NCBI GenBank assembly: GCA_002633005.1
Contig: NMRA01000015.1
Coordinates: 1 to 45,830 of the forward strand
Length of the DNA: 45,830 nucleotides
Origin: Phoronis australis
Lineage: Eukaryota; Animalia; Phoronida
Direction: 5' to 3'
Shown here: positions 1 to 11,336 of the stretch, piece after piece
Layout of the letters: each line of letters opens with the position of its first letter
Position numbering within the stretch: the stretch's first letter is position 1
Notes under the pieces: generated by a model
Told to the model about the DNA's origin: nothing
The model's database searches: none
The model's input: only the letters and a program-made list of their open reading frames with translations
Translations under genes and position numbers: made by a program

Positions 1-893
1 GAAATAGCTTACGGGGCCATCCTGGATTACACGGTGATAGAACTCTCCTTTGTCCCGGAGATAAGAAGTGCATGACGTTGTTTTGGAAATCAGGCACATT
101 TTCGTGTCTCTCATTGATGTCCGGAAGCCAAAGAATTTCAACATCACTCATCCACGGATATTTGTCCAGTTATTCAAACTTTCTCAAATTGGAGTTGCAG
201 CACACAGTACAGCAGAAATACTTCATTGACATTAGAAGGACGAATAGAGTAATGCAACTGAGAAAAACTTATAAAGAATAAGACCACAGCAAATAACCTG
301 AAGCTCCAGTGGCACGAAAATGAGGCAGCGAATTTGCCAGGCGTGTGTGGGTAAATACAGCAAGATTCGAGTGTCAGTGTTTAATCCGGGACAGCCTTAT
401 TGGTTCTGCCCTGTGTCCTACTAATTTTACGCCTGCTACACTTCTAGCAATTTTTTATTTAAGCTATCACAAATTCTGGGTATTTTTAATGAAAGAGTTT
501 GGGAAGTCAACAACAATTCCATTTTTCATGATCTTTATTGATTAAGAACAGGTTTGGAAGGGCAAGTGATGCAACCTGCCTCCCTCATTTTACGTCAGCT
601 CATATCAGGCGACTTAAAAATGTTCAACAAAAATACCGCGGCTTCTTTCTCAAGAAGTAGACCAGATCCAATTATGTATTTTAGGCCTTACTTGTTTATA
701 TTTCCATCAGCTGTAAACAATGGTTTCAAGTGGCTACGAACCCAGGTTACATCTAGGAAGCAAAGCTTGGTTTTAGGCCACTTACTGCTATAAAGTTGAT
801 CTCAACTTGTTCTTTATTCAAATGAGAAGTGATTTCTGGGTTTGGAAGAAACTGAAAGTTATGTATTCCTTGATGCTATTCTCATTTAATCAC

Positions 894-1034
894 TGTGACA
901 AGGCCACTTACGAGGCCTGGTCTTGTGAGGAGACCACTTATGAGTCCTGGTCTTGTGACGAGACCACTTGTGAGTCCTGGTCTTGTGACGAGACCACTTA
1001 TGAGGCCTGGTCTTGTGACGAGACCACTTATGAG
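894..1034. repeat. 30-bp minisatellite, ~4.7 copies, in the Rab39 intron
   Basis: Unit TGTGACGAGACCACTTATGAG(G/T)CCTGGTCT repeats every 30 nt; it accounts for the repetitive ORF 807..1130. Confidence 0.95.
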
Positions 1035-2617
1035 TTAATTGCCTTTAAGGATCCAAAATACTCACAAAGCAAAATCCAGAAACTCATTTCTACTGTTACA
1101 AAACAATCATTGCGGGAACAAAAAATCTAGCCAGTGGAACTGAAGCACTATAAGAACCAAAACATTATCTCTATGGGAATGGAATCAAGGTATGATCATG
1201 GCATTCTCTAAAGGCACTTTCATACTAACGTCAACGCGTAAATGTTTTAGGGAGCAGCGGTCAGTATGAATGCTTAACTTTGGTCCTGGATCGAAGTTCA
1301 CAGTGCCAATTAACTTTGCAGTAAACAGGTGGATTTAACAGTGAAGTGTCAACAGTCAGCTTCGGTCACTGGTATCGTCAACAATTAAATCCAACTAGTG
1401 CCCTCTAAGAAATCCATAATAAATACATATCCCATTAGGGTATTATATTTCAAAATTCAGTCACGACTCAGGCTCTTAACATACATCACGCCATAACGTG
1501 TTTTCGTCGTGACAGACTGACCTGAAAAACCTCTCCTCACTTTCGGGGCGATGGAAATTACTGAGAAAACCACAAACCTTTGATTGGCCCATAACATGCA
1601 ATTTCACACCTATACACATCACCTGATGGCATTGAGTTCCATTGACAGACGAGACAGATGTAATTACCATGTTTATTGCCCCTACAGCCTGAATAGGTAA
1701 TAAACTGCTGAAATCGTTGATAAAAGCGTGTCAAGTTTATAACTTTATAGTCCCGGTAACCCCTGAGGTTCTATCACAAACATTTCGCGTTATGCAGCTA
1801 TAAGGACCCTGGTTCTGCACTTCTGATTTCATTTTCTAGCCTTCCAATCTTTTCAAGTCATGCCTAAGTCTAGACAGGTCCCACATTTGTGCTGTATGGT
1901 GAGGCTGGCAGATGGGTCATATCGAAAGTGAAAGTAACGAGGATCAGGTCTTTCTCAATTTCATTGACAAATTAAGGGATGTATCAGAAAAAAAAAAACT
2001 CCAAAGATGTCCACCTATGCTCGAAAGGAACTCAAAGCGACGTGACTTCGATGGTTTATTAGCCACAGTGAATCGTAATTTGCAGGAAATCTTCCAGAAT
2101 GCATGACATATAGATGTGCCGCCACCTAGAGCAAGCCATACACCTTCTATAGTCCAAGTCATGAAATAGTATCAGTGTCTTTGGCAGAGCAATAATACAC
2201 CTACAACACTGTACCTATTGCACTGTTCACTGTTCTAATATATAATATGACTAAATGATTGATACTTTAGCTGGAGCACTGACACCGTCACTTGCTAAGT
2301 TGCTAACCATCTAAATTAGGTATCTGGAAGTGATGGAAAGCAGGAAGTATTTCCAATGAATGGTGCCGGTTATTCTGTGGATGTAAGTGACTCTCTATAC
2401 ACTTTTCAGCTGATTCAGACACTGAGAACATTGAACAAGGTGAAGGTGCTGTAAGCCAGAGCACATTAGTGTTACAATAAGTGATTCAACACAAGAGTGT
2501 GAACACGGGGAGCTTACATTTTTAACTTGAGTTATTTTCAAAGGCAATTTTGTATATTGTAAACTTGACCTCAGAAAGGAAATATCATGACTTAAAAAGA
2601 TAATTCGCTTAACACAC

Positions 2618-2838
2618 CTAAATCGCTCCTGCCCCGCGGTGTCCCATAACTGCAGTTTAACGCGAACATTGTAGGGCTTGATTTCTATGAGTCTGGCGAA
2701 AAAATCGACCCCCACCGTTGGATCGCAAGTTTCAATAAATTTGCCATCGGTGAAGTATTTCAGCATGCAGCTCTTTCCAACTGTACTGTCTCCGATCAAA
2801 ATGATCCTGAACTGATAATCAAATATAGGTTCCACCAT
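2618..2838 (-). CDS. RAB39: Rab39 small GTPase, coding exon 1 (remaining exons lie off the window start)
   Basis: Translation MVEPIFDYQFRIILIGDSTVGKS...DPTVGVDFFARLIEI...VKLQLWDTAGQERFR has the Rab G1-G3 motifs and Rab39-typical YQFR.ILIGDSTVGKS and DPTVGVDFF. Similarity ends at a phase-2 donor TTT AG|GTGTGT (GT at 2617-2616). Confidence 0.93.
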
Positions 2839-2919
2839 AATTTAAGCATTTGTCCTCCGATCAACGTCATTCATAAGATATTCCGCAAAACGGCAAAAAA
2901 TCCGAAAATCAAAACCCAG

Positions 2920-3010
2920 CTTATCTCCACTTCCTGTATTTTGTTGTGGCTTTCATAAATAGGTCAAAAGGGTCGCGGAATTCGTGTTGTGAAGTAATTT
3001 TCTATTGGTT
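2920..3010 (-). promoter_or_regulatory. Probable Rab39 promoter region
   Basis: ETS-type ACAGGAAGTG (CACTTCCTGT on +, ~2928) and a CCAAT box (ATTGG on +, ~3004) 90-170 nt upstream of the ATG. Motif evidence only. Confidence 0.35.
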
Positions 3011-3402
3011 TAGATTATCACCAGAGGTAAAGATAAACTAATAGGAAGTACTTTTATTAGATGTCGATTGCCCAGTCAATGATAAGCAGCTGTTTGCGGA
3101 AGAGAAAACCACCAGTTAACCGGCCTGCACGACTTCCATTGAGCATTAGATTTACAATTATGTTCAAGATGACTAGGTCTCATCCTGAAAGTGAATAACG
3201 ACAACGTTGTATCGTGCCATCATAGATATTAGTAAAGTGTAGTCTATGGTGTCATGATTTCACAGGAGAACAGCAGCTGATTATAAGGCAACAGAACACT
3301 CGCATTGACTAAGCGGTGGTCAGTGTGGTTGGACAAAGGTGGCTGCCGCTGTCCAATACTCCATGAAATAGGCAAATGGCTGCATTGGTCGACCTGTCGT
3401 GC

Positions 3403-3567
3403 AGTGAACTTGGAATCTTGGTTGAACTTGGAATCTTAGTTGAACTTGGAATCTTGGTTGAACCTGGAATCTTGGTTGAACTTGGAATCTTGAGTGAACT
3501 TAGAACCTTGAGTGAACTTGGAATCTTGAGTGCCGAGTGAAATTGGAATCTTGAGTGAACTTGGAAT
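3403..3567. repeat. 18-bp minisatellite, ~9 copies
   Basis: Unit TGAACTTGGAATCTTG(GT/AG) in tandem. Confidence 0.95.
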
Positions 3568-3647
3568 AAGTTTCTATTATGAGTTCACGCGCATGATCTT
3601 GAGATAAGCAAGCATTTGCGACATCGAGCATGTAAATTTAAGTAAAT

Positions 3648-4437
3648 AGAGAGGTTTTGCAAAGCGACGTGAACCTGAATTTTCACACATTTATAATACC
3701 GAGTGATACATGCCATTGGCTGTGACGTACATAATCCCAATAGTTTTTTTACGCGAATACAGAGACATTCGCGTGGCTTTAAATACGAAACCTGTGGCCC
3801 TTTTTAATCCTTATGTGGTAAGACATCGAAAAGCTTTGTATTTTGATAAGTTTTCAATCTTTCTTATTTGCTTCAGTGTAAAATGAACCCAATTCTTTTT
3901 GTCTTTAAATGTTCTTAAAGTTTAATTACAAGAAAGCACAAAATCTTTATAGGTTGTTTAACATGACCTTTTGGACTCAGTGGGTATGTCTATTCTTTTT
4001 TCCGGGTCCAAATTGCGTCATGTAATGCCATGACACGTCATCACTAAACATCCGAATTCTGCTAGGGTTTGCTGGATATCATCGAACTAGAATGGATTTT
4101 AACAGATATGATTTAGTGTTGTTAATTTTGTTACATGCTTAATTTACTTGCAGCTATTTATTTTAAACTGCTGATAAGTTTCGCATTCTGAGAGCTGACC
4201 ATTTTTTGAAAGAGATCGTAGAAATGATTTTTTTTATATTCAATACGTATAATTTCTATCTAGCAGATAAATATTACTGGACAACCTGAGCTCACTTCAT
4301 TCAGTTCACATTTAGTTTCACGTTGGCGTAAAAATTTAGCTGTTTCGAAACCTGTTTTTGTTTCTGTAATGTGAATCGGCAAGCACAATTACGTACCTGT
4401 CATAATTCACGTTCATGTCGCTTTGCGAAACCACTCT
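3648..4437. mobile_element. MITE with 34-bp imperfect TIRs, superfamily uncertain
   Basis: Left AGAGAGGTTTTGCAAAGCGACGTGAACCTGAATT; reverse complement of right end AGAGTGGTTTCGCAAAGCGACATGAACGTGAATT (30/34). No coding capacity; TSD not clean (AT left, GT right). Confidence 0.8.
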
Positions 4438-4689
4438 GTTGTTCACCTTGCTCGATTTACCTTTCAAGATCCCTAGCGAGGACATAATTTTTAGAGGGTC
4501 CAATTGTTTGCAGCATAGATAGCCTAAACGCACTTGAAAATTGGCTCTTATACATGTATTTCCAAAAGTCCTTTACTTTTTCCAAAACAATGTATCATGC
4601 TCATTACACTGTATATCAGATGTCAGTTGTCCTATTGTGTTTGATTTTACTTTGTTTCTGTTTCTGTTTCTGTTGACTTGTTTCTGTTT

Positions 4690-4727
4690 CTGTTGAGGAA
4701 GGATGTTATTATATCCGAAAATTTCAG
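4690..4727 (+). ncRNA. Minimal type I hammerhead-ribozyme-like motif (Penelope-like retroelement type), copy 1
   Basis: CTG-TTGAGGA-A-GGATGT(TATT)ATATCC-GAAAATTT-CAG: stem I CTG/CAG, variant core UUGANGA, 6-bp stem II, GAAA and palindromic AAATTT. It sits in a ~120-bp repeat shared with ~9510-9612. Confidence 0.5.
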
Positions 4728-4799
4728 TGATCCATTTTTGTTGTTTTATTTACGAAAAGTCAAGAAAATTTTTAAAGGAAACCTTTGCAGATCGTATTA

Positions 4800-5720
4800 A
4801 TTGCTGTTAAGTTAAATTCCAAGCAAAACTATGTTTCTCCAGTCGCTCATTATGTCGGGGCTCTCTTTCTTCGTTTTTTCTCAAAACAAAATTAAAAATC
4901 ACTAGTTGAAATTGAGAACCTGACAGATAGCACCAACTGCCGACCATTTTCTGTTTATTGAAGAAAAAACCTTTGGTTATTTAGGGACCCGTTGATGGCA
5001 TCCACGCGGCCACTCTTTTTGTCATTTTTTATTAAAAGCTTCTTAAGCGGCAGCTCACGGAGAGAGAGCAAAAGTGATGGAATCAATTTTCTCTGTTTTC
5101 TGTGAAAGTTTTTGTGTTACAGAATGTTACTTCTTGGAAAGTCAGATGGTGATGTAATTGACTTTCGCTCTAGCGTCTGTCGGGGTTCCGATTTTTTTAT
5201 AACCGTGTACAGTGTATATAATATCTAACTCAGTGTACAGTAAATGTGCTGACAATCTTAAAACATTTCAACAATTTTTGAAACTCATAAACCAAAATAG
5301 CCAGCTCTGGAATGAACCAAAATGCACGTTAATACTCGTAAATTCGAAAAATTTCTTGGCGGAACCCCTAAACGCTGTAGGATGCCGCGTTCCGGCCATG
5401 TTCCCCCAGTTGAAAGTCAAGAATCTGCAAGCATGCCTTCGGACATTACTTCTGATATTCTGTTTTCATAAACAACTTATTTATTGATATATCGATTGAT
5501 TCATAAATGACAGTTTTCGAATGTTAGAAGTTAGATTGAATGATGCTTAATTCAACGAATTTAACTGCAAGCTGAAGATGGGAAAATCTCATTCATCCGC
5601 TTCCAAGTACCAAAATATACTAATTTTTTGTCTATCTAGAATATTTCTCAAAGATATTGACAAAATTCGGTCAGTTATTCAGAGTGTCCTAAAATGTACT
5701 CATATTTCAAATGTATACAT
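4800..5720 (+). repeat. Interspersed repeat family X, degenerate copy
   Basis: Shares blocks with 35300-36640 and 7150-8494 (GCTCACGGAGAGAG, TCTGCAAGCATGC, TTTTTGTCTATCT). Boundaries approximate. Confidence 0.65.
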
Positions 5721-6033
5721 ATTTCGTTGAAGACACGACTTTGATCTGTTTTTTTTACGAGTTTAGTTTCAGTTCTTTCAAAGTCTCGAAATAGTGGTCT
5801 TGTCTTTACATCACAACAGTGCAATAAAAATCCAATCGATATCAGTAGGTAACATAATTTGTCCCGTACGCGGGATATAGACCGGCAGCCCAGAGCACTT
5901 AAAATAGATGAACGAGGCCCGTACCAACATCTGATCACGGGAGCATTTAGAGTCCACCTCAGCATGTACAGAAATGGACGTCTGCCGTTGTCTGCACTCT
6001 GGGTGTGACCTCTGGGGGCCTTACAAAGGGCCC

Positions 6034-6825
6034 AGGAAATGAGCTAGACTAGATATTCGAGGTACCGGCCAAAACTGATTTAAAACGAACAATAGTACCG
6101 CACTGAACACCGAATGACCCATGACAGACAAATTGCACTCTGGAATGGGTCCGGCAGAAACCAAAAAGGACCCCCCCAAAAAGAAAAAACGAGCTAGCAC
6201 ATATATTCGAGGTACCACACAAAACCAATTCCATATGATTCAATACATGTCACAGATTACTAAAACCCCGACAGACAAAATACACTCTGGGTTGTGCCCG
6301 GCAGAAACTCCCCCAAAAATCTCAACCATGGTATGCCATCAACTTGAAAAATTTGAGCTAGACTAGATTTTCGAGGTACCGGCCAAAACCGATTTTAAGC
6401 GAATAATAGTACCGCACTGAACACCAAATTACCCATGACAGACAAATTGCAATCTGTAATGGGTCCGGCAGAAACCAAAAAAGGACCCCCCAAAAATGAG
6501 CTAGCACATACATTCGAGGTACCACACAAAACCATCTCCATATGATTCAATACATGTCACAGATCACTAAAACCCCTCAGATTAGCGTGACAGACAAAAT
6601 ACACTCTGGGTTGTGCCCGGCAGAAACTCCCAAAAATCTCAACCACAGTATGCCATCAAAATTTGATCTAGACCGGCCAAAACTCATTTAAAACGAACAA
6701 CAGTACCGCACTGAATATTGAATGACCCATGACAGACAAACTGCACTCTGGAATGGGTCCGGCAGAAACCAAAAGAGACCCCCTAGAAATGAGCTAGCAC
6801 AGACATTCGAGGCACCACAAAAACA
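6034..6825. repeat. Tandem array with a ~315-bp dimer made of ~150- and ~165-bp subunits, ~2.5 copies
   Basis: GAGCTAG...TTCGAGGTACC...AAAAC recurs near 6041, 6191, 6356, 6498 and 6791 in alternating variants; each subunit contains GACAGACAAA...CTCTGG...CCGGCAGAAAC. Confidence 0.9.
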
Positions 6826-6860
6826 ACTAGAAAGATTATTGTCACGGCGTGACAATAATC
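6826..6860 (-). mobile_element. Helitron/Helentron-like 3' terminus (hairpin followed by CTAGTT)
   Basis: Perfect inverted repeat GATTATTGTCACG-G-CGTGACAATAATC (6834-6860) followed on the minus strand by TTTCTAGTT. Confidence 0.5.
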
Positions 6861-7149
6861 GAATCTGCGCGTGCATATTTCTGGAATTGTTATGGGAAGT
6901 TACTGAAAGCAACCTGTTTACCAATATGAAAAGGAATTCTTTAAAATTGTAGGAGAAATTACTTGTTAATAGTTTGATGAACTTTCCACTAATTGACCTC
7001 TTACGGTGCATTGTGAGCCCTGATTAGGGAATAATTGTAAACTCGATTAAAAGCGTGGTTAATGCTAAGAATCACAGATGTTTTACTTTAAGAACATCAC
7101 GAGACGAAAATCTACTAAAAAGGCGCAGACGCACAGTTCACAGTACTGA

Positions 7150-8494
7150 AGATGGTACCCCTTTTTTTGTTTAGTCATCTAGCTTTTTTGTTAACAAAAG
7201 GTCTACTTGGTCAGAATTCGAGCCCCCCCCCCAAAGGCTGGGGGCGCGCATGATCCGACAGTGCCAACTATTCACGAGGGAAGTTGTGATTCGAAATTTA
7301 TCAAAAACATAAAACATTCGTGCACAGCAAAGCAGTATCAAAACATTCGACCCAAACAGCCAAAAAATACAAAAGAATTGACCGAAAATCGAAAGTGAGT
7401 CAGGAATTTTAAAGAACGTGAATACCGCTTTTTTGTTAATTACACAAAAGGACTATAATTTCCGATGGTTAGTTATAAAATAATGTTAATGTTTCCCATA
7501 TTATCACAAGGATAGCATCTTATTTGCAGATGGTTACTATGAGTTGTTTGTAAGGAATTCCTACGTGTGGAACTGTCGAGGCTACCATTGCGGTGACCGT
7601 GTACATGTTGAACGAGTATACCCAAATACTCGCAATAATAAACAAATTAAACAAATATTTCAGCGTTTTTTTAGGTCAAGTTAAATTCGTGAACCGCTAT
7701 AGATACTTCGGAAAGAGCAAAAATACACCTCACTGTGAATGCCCAATCTCCCATATTCCCCCGGTTACCCGTCAAAAGTTTGCAAGCATGCCTGCGGAAA
7801 TTGTTTATAACATTTCTTTTTGATTAACAAATTCGTTGGTTTTTGGATTAAATGTTCATGTATCTACGAAAACCGACAGGTTAATAGGTGATTTTTGACA
7901 ATTCGAAGCTAATCTTTTAAGAAATGATGACGATTTAGGGAATTCAGTTGAAGCCTGAATATGGAAAAATCTATAATCCGATCCCCAAAGAGTAAAGTGC
8001 ACTTGGACGCTTTTTGCCTATCTAAAATAACTATCAAAAACATTGAGGAAACTTGGACACTTCACAAAAAAAATTTACTCACAATTCAAATGACAATAAA
8101 TGCATTGCTTTTTGACTTCGGTACAAGATTTGTTGTTTAAAGTCACCAACAGGGGATTAAAAAAGAATCAAGTCATCAAATCCAGGTAAACGCATTGCTC
8201 ATGGATTTCATTGTTGGTTTCTTATTTACATGTTCATGTATCTACGAAAGTGGACTGATTGAGAGATGATTTTTTTGACAATTAGAAGCTAATATTGTAA
8301 GAAATGACAATACTTCAATGCAGGCCGACATTGAGAAAATTCAATCTATCATCAGATCCCCAAATATAAAAGTACACTAAACGATTTTTGTCTATCTGAA
8401 TTAAGTCTCAAGGAAATTGATGAATTTCGGACAGCTCAACAATGTGTCCTAAAATGTTGTCACAATTCAAATGACAATGAATTGTCATTGCTTA
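7150..8494 (+). repeat. Interspersed repeat family X, copy truncated at the assembly N
   Basis: Long colinear similarity to 35740-36640 (TTCCGATGGTTAGTTATAAAATAATGTT, TTGTTTGTAAGGAATTCC, GAGCAAAAATACACC); internal ~350-bp duplication; stops at N 8495. Confidence 0.85.
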
Positions 8495-8739
8495 NAAGTG
8501 TCGTCGGAAGCGCGCGCACAATTGATCTCCGGGGTTTTGTCGATGAGCCACGAAGACTCGAAACGCGTTGATTTTCATAACAGCAATTCACAATGCAAAA
8601 AATATATTTTCAGAGTGAACCCCTCCCCCCTCATTTTTTTCCAGGTTGGTTTACTTGGGGTTTACACACGCTGGCGGTGCCGGCGTTTTTGTTTTGCTGG
8701 AGACGTTTTTGTTTTGTTTTTTGTTTTTTTTAATTTTTG

Positions 8740-8800
8740 GGTCCTGGCCCGAGGGGGGGGGTTTAAACCCCCTGAACCCCCCCCGTAGATCCGCCACTGC
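8740..8800 (-). mobile_element. GC-rich MITE end (hAT-like)
   Basis: Minus strand reads CAGTGGCGGATCTACGGGGGGGTTCAGGGGG, a typical CAG..GGCGGATC terminus; partner end not found. Confidence 0.5.
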
Positions 8801-9546
8801 AACAGAATATTTATACTGAACACAAGAAAGGTGGGCGAGATAACTCAAAACATGAAAACCCACAAAACTTCCTCTAAATGCTACATCTAGTTCCAAAACA
8901 ATTCTCTGAACAAGGTCGCTGGTTCCAAACCAATTCTGTGAATCAATCTGCTGAACTCCAGCAATGAACCCAAGTCATTACCAATTGTGGCACAGGACAA
9001 ACAAGAGTTGAGTAATTCCGGTGGACAAATAACAGATTATTGTTGTTGTCGGAAATGCCTCATCCCAAAGCTGACAGGTTTTCAAAGACTTTTAAGTTAC
9101 ACAACTTGCAAAACAAGGCACAATTGTTATTATAAACATCCCACAACTGGTAACAGACATGTGGTGAATCACTTCCCATGAACTCCTAGGAGGTTACAAA
9201 TTCTGGTAAACAACCAATATGTTTAATTAATTATACACTAGTCACTAAAATTGCATAACATTGCCTTAATTAGACTAATTATCTACAGAAACAAAAAATG
9301 TCACCAACATCTATATACACGACACATAATGATAACACCGACAATTCCAGTTAAGCTGAATTGAATATCTGACCGGCTATCGTATTAACCGTCTGGTTTG
9401 TCCCTAAAATTTTGTCTGAGAATGTGACCACATGGATACAATGGATGGTCTCAAACCTGTAGAGAGAAATACAAATTTGACAAAACACACGTGCAAGTCA
9501 GGAATTTCATTGTCATATAGTGTTTGATTTTACTTTATTTCTGTTT

Positions 9547-9584
9547 CTGTTGACAAAGGACGTTACTATATCCGAAAATTTCAG
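9547..9584 (+). ncRNA. Minimal type I hammerhead-ribozyme-like motif, copy 2 (U3/A8 variant)
   Basis: CTG-TTGACAA-A-GGACGT(TACT)ATATCC-GAAAATTT-CAG; same repeat as 4690-4727; one mismatch in stem II. Confidence 0.45.
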
Positions 9585-9872
9585 TTGATGCATTCTTGTT
9601 GTTTTATTTACCTATTTATATATGACATATTCTGTATTTCTGATTTAACATTCACCCTGGCGGGAAAATGTTCTCCTCGCACCTTGAAACATTTTCACTT
9701 AAGTGAAATAATTCCAGCCAGACAATTTCCTCCCGGGCAGAAATGTATAGCCTCGCTGAACAGCGATACCTGCGTGCAGGTAGGGGACCAGCGAACACTT
9801 TCTGCCCCGTGCGTGCCTGGCCACCGATCATCAAGCGGCACGCAGGGAATCAGAGTGCGACTTAGCTTAAAC

Positions 9873-9888
9873 GCGCCATCTAGTGGCA
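9873..9888 (-). promoter_or_regulatory. CTCF-consensus site upstream of the putative eIF5A TSS
   Basis: Minus strand TGCCACTAGATGGCGC matches the CTCF core CCACYAGRKGGCRC. Confidence 0.6.
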
Positions 9889-9949
9889 CCCAGCTAAATG
9901 TATATTTGAGCAATAGCTCCTACCCCAATCGTAAGCAATTGAAAAATTA

Positions 9950-9968
9950 GCGCAGGCGCACTCTTTCC
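9950..9968 (+). promoter_or_regulatory. NRF1-like site plus TCT (5'TOP) initiator; probable eIF5A core promoter
   Basis: GCGCAGGCGCA (9950-9960) is followed directly by CTCTTTCC (TCT consensus YYC+1TTTYY, +1 = 9963), typical of translation-machinery genes. Confidence 0.65.
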
Positions 9969-9999
9969 TCAAAGTTGCTGAGAAGTTGTAACTAGCCAC
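9963..9999 (+). other. EIF5A: Probable non-coding exon 1 of eIF5A
   Basis: 37-nt ATG-free segment from the TCT start to a strong donor CAC|GTGAGT (GT at 10000). The ATG exon at 17957 begins with an acceptor, so an upstream exon is required. The link is inferred across an N at 10677. Confidence 0.6.
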
Positions 10000-10560
10000 G
10001 TGAGTTTGCGGTGTTGTTTCCTATAATAATATATCTAGATTCAAATTTTTCTGCTAATTTTCTGATAACAATGTGGTAAATACGTTATCACCGTAATATT
10101 CAACCAGACTTACGAATCAAATAGCTTTGTATTTTCTGGAATTGGCATTTCTCGGACGATGAACTAGTAAAAAGTCCGCCATTTTCATTGTCGGAGTGTG
10201 TCTAATTTCCCGGTAGCGCACGTATATACCTTTGTACCGTACGCATAAAATGTGGATTCGTACGGAAATCAGGCCTCCAGTACGCAAGTACGCACGGCCA
10301 GGCAAAAGTACGCAAATTAGCAAATTCAAAAGAGATTATTAATTCGCTAGTTTCTCAATAAAAACGCCGATTTGTAGAGGAGACGGACGAGAAAGAAGAT
10401 TTTAAAATTAGAAATTAAAAAATACTGTAAAATCATTATTTTAGCTAAAAAGTTAATCTACAAACTTGCTTCGTGTTTATCGAAATAGCCTGATAATTGG
10501 CAAATCGAGAGGCCTCTTCTATCGGTATGTTGAAATGTGTCACAGGCCTAACCTAATACT

Positions 10561-11327
10561 GGGGAAGACAACCAAAAAGTAGGTGCTCCATAGCCTCCAT
10601 ATCTGCCTCCATGTACACACCCGTGACCTAAAGTCGTGAATATAAGCATAATAAGCAGCTGATATTATACTACCCANGTAACAACTTTATTTCGAACGGT
10701 GAAGTTGCGATGCCATTGAACTTCAACGTAGCCGATGGTGGCGCTGACATGCGGCGACTTAGTGAACTAACGACTGCTGTTTGAAAAGTGCCAATGCGCA
10801 GCAGTTTGACAGAATTTCTGAAAATTAAATAATTACCAATTAAAAGAGTGATAAATTCCTCATCTAAAAATCGGGGGGGCATATTGCGCAACTGGAAAAA
10901 CATCAATCTCCCGACCGACCAAAATTAGGCCTTCCGGACGATCGAAAACTCGCCATGAAAACTTGGCCTTGACTTCAAGAAAACAACTTGAGGAGATGCG
11001 CACGAATCTAAACTACATCCTGTCCAAATTTCATGTTTGTATTTGAGAGTATAGTGCTCTTTTGGATAGGAGGAACAAGAGGTACTTTTTCGAAAGTTGA
11101 TCGCATGGCGGAAAATCGTGCGCTAAAAAAAGCTTACAAAAATGATTTATCAGCGCTAATTTGATACAAAAAGATTACAAACTTACAAATAAAGACTAAG
11201 GTAACGATTTATAACACAAAATTGTCTTATAGTTAACTTTGAAGTCTGAAATCGGGTAGTTTACCGACGTGGGTTTTACACGGAGGCAGATATGGAGCAC
11301 CGTGACCTACTTTTTGATTGTCCTCCC
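10561..11327. mobile_element. TIR element with 4-bp flanking duplication (Sola2-like termini); spans an assembly N
   Basis: GGGGAAGACAACCAAAAAGTAGG...CCATATCTGCCTCC is inverted at the right end as GGAGGCAGATATGG...CCTACTTTTTGATTGTCCTCCC; TACT on both flanks. Confidence 0.55.
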
Positions 11328-11336
11328 TACTTAAAG

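Noticed and set aside
807-1130. 107-aa ORF with WSCDETTYE repeats; CRISPR-like look of the palindromic repeat
   Set aside because: The ORF is a by-product of a 30-bp minisatellite; linkers are constant rather than unique spacers; eukaryotic context with no cas genes.
2395-2617. C-terminal half of the 147-aa Rab ORF
   Set aside because: Intron read-through after the donor at 2617; no GTPase similarity.
8533-8572. Third hammerhead-like motif TTGTCGATGAGCC...GACTCGAAACGCGTT
   Set aside because: Core A6 is substituted, stem II is mismatched and stem I is weak; at best a dead relic.
10175-10320. YY1-like CCGCCATTTT and GTACGCA repeats as a separate gene start
   Set aside because: No downstream exon structure; more like a repeat interior or a first-intron motif.
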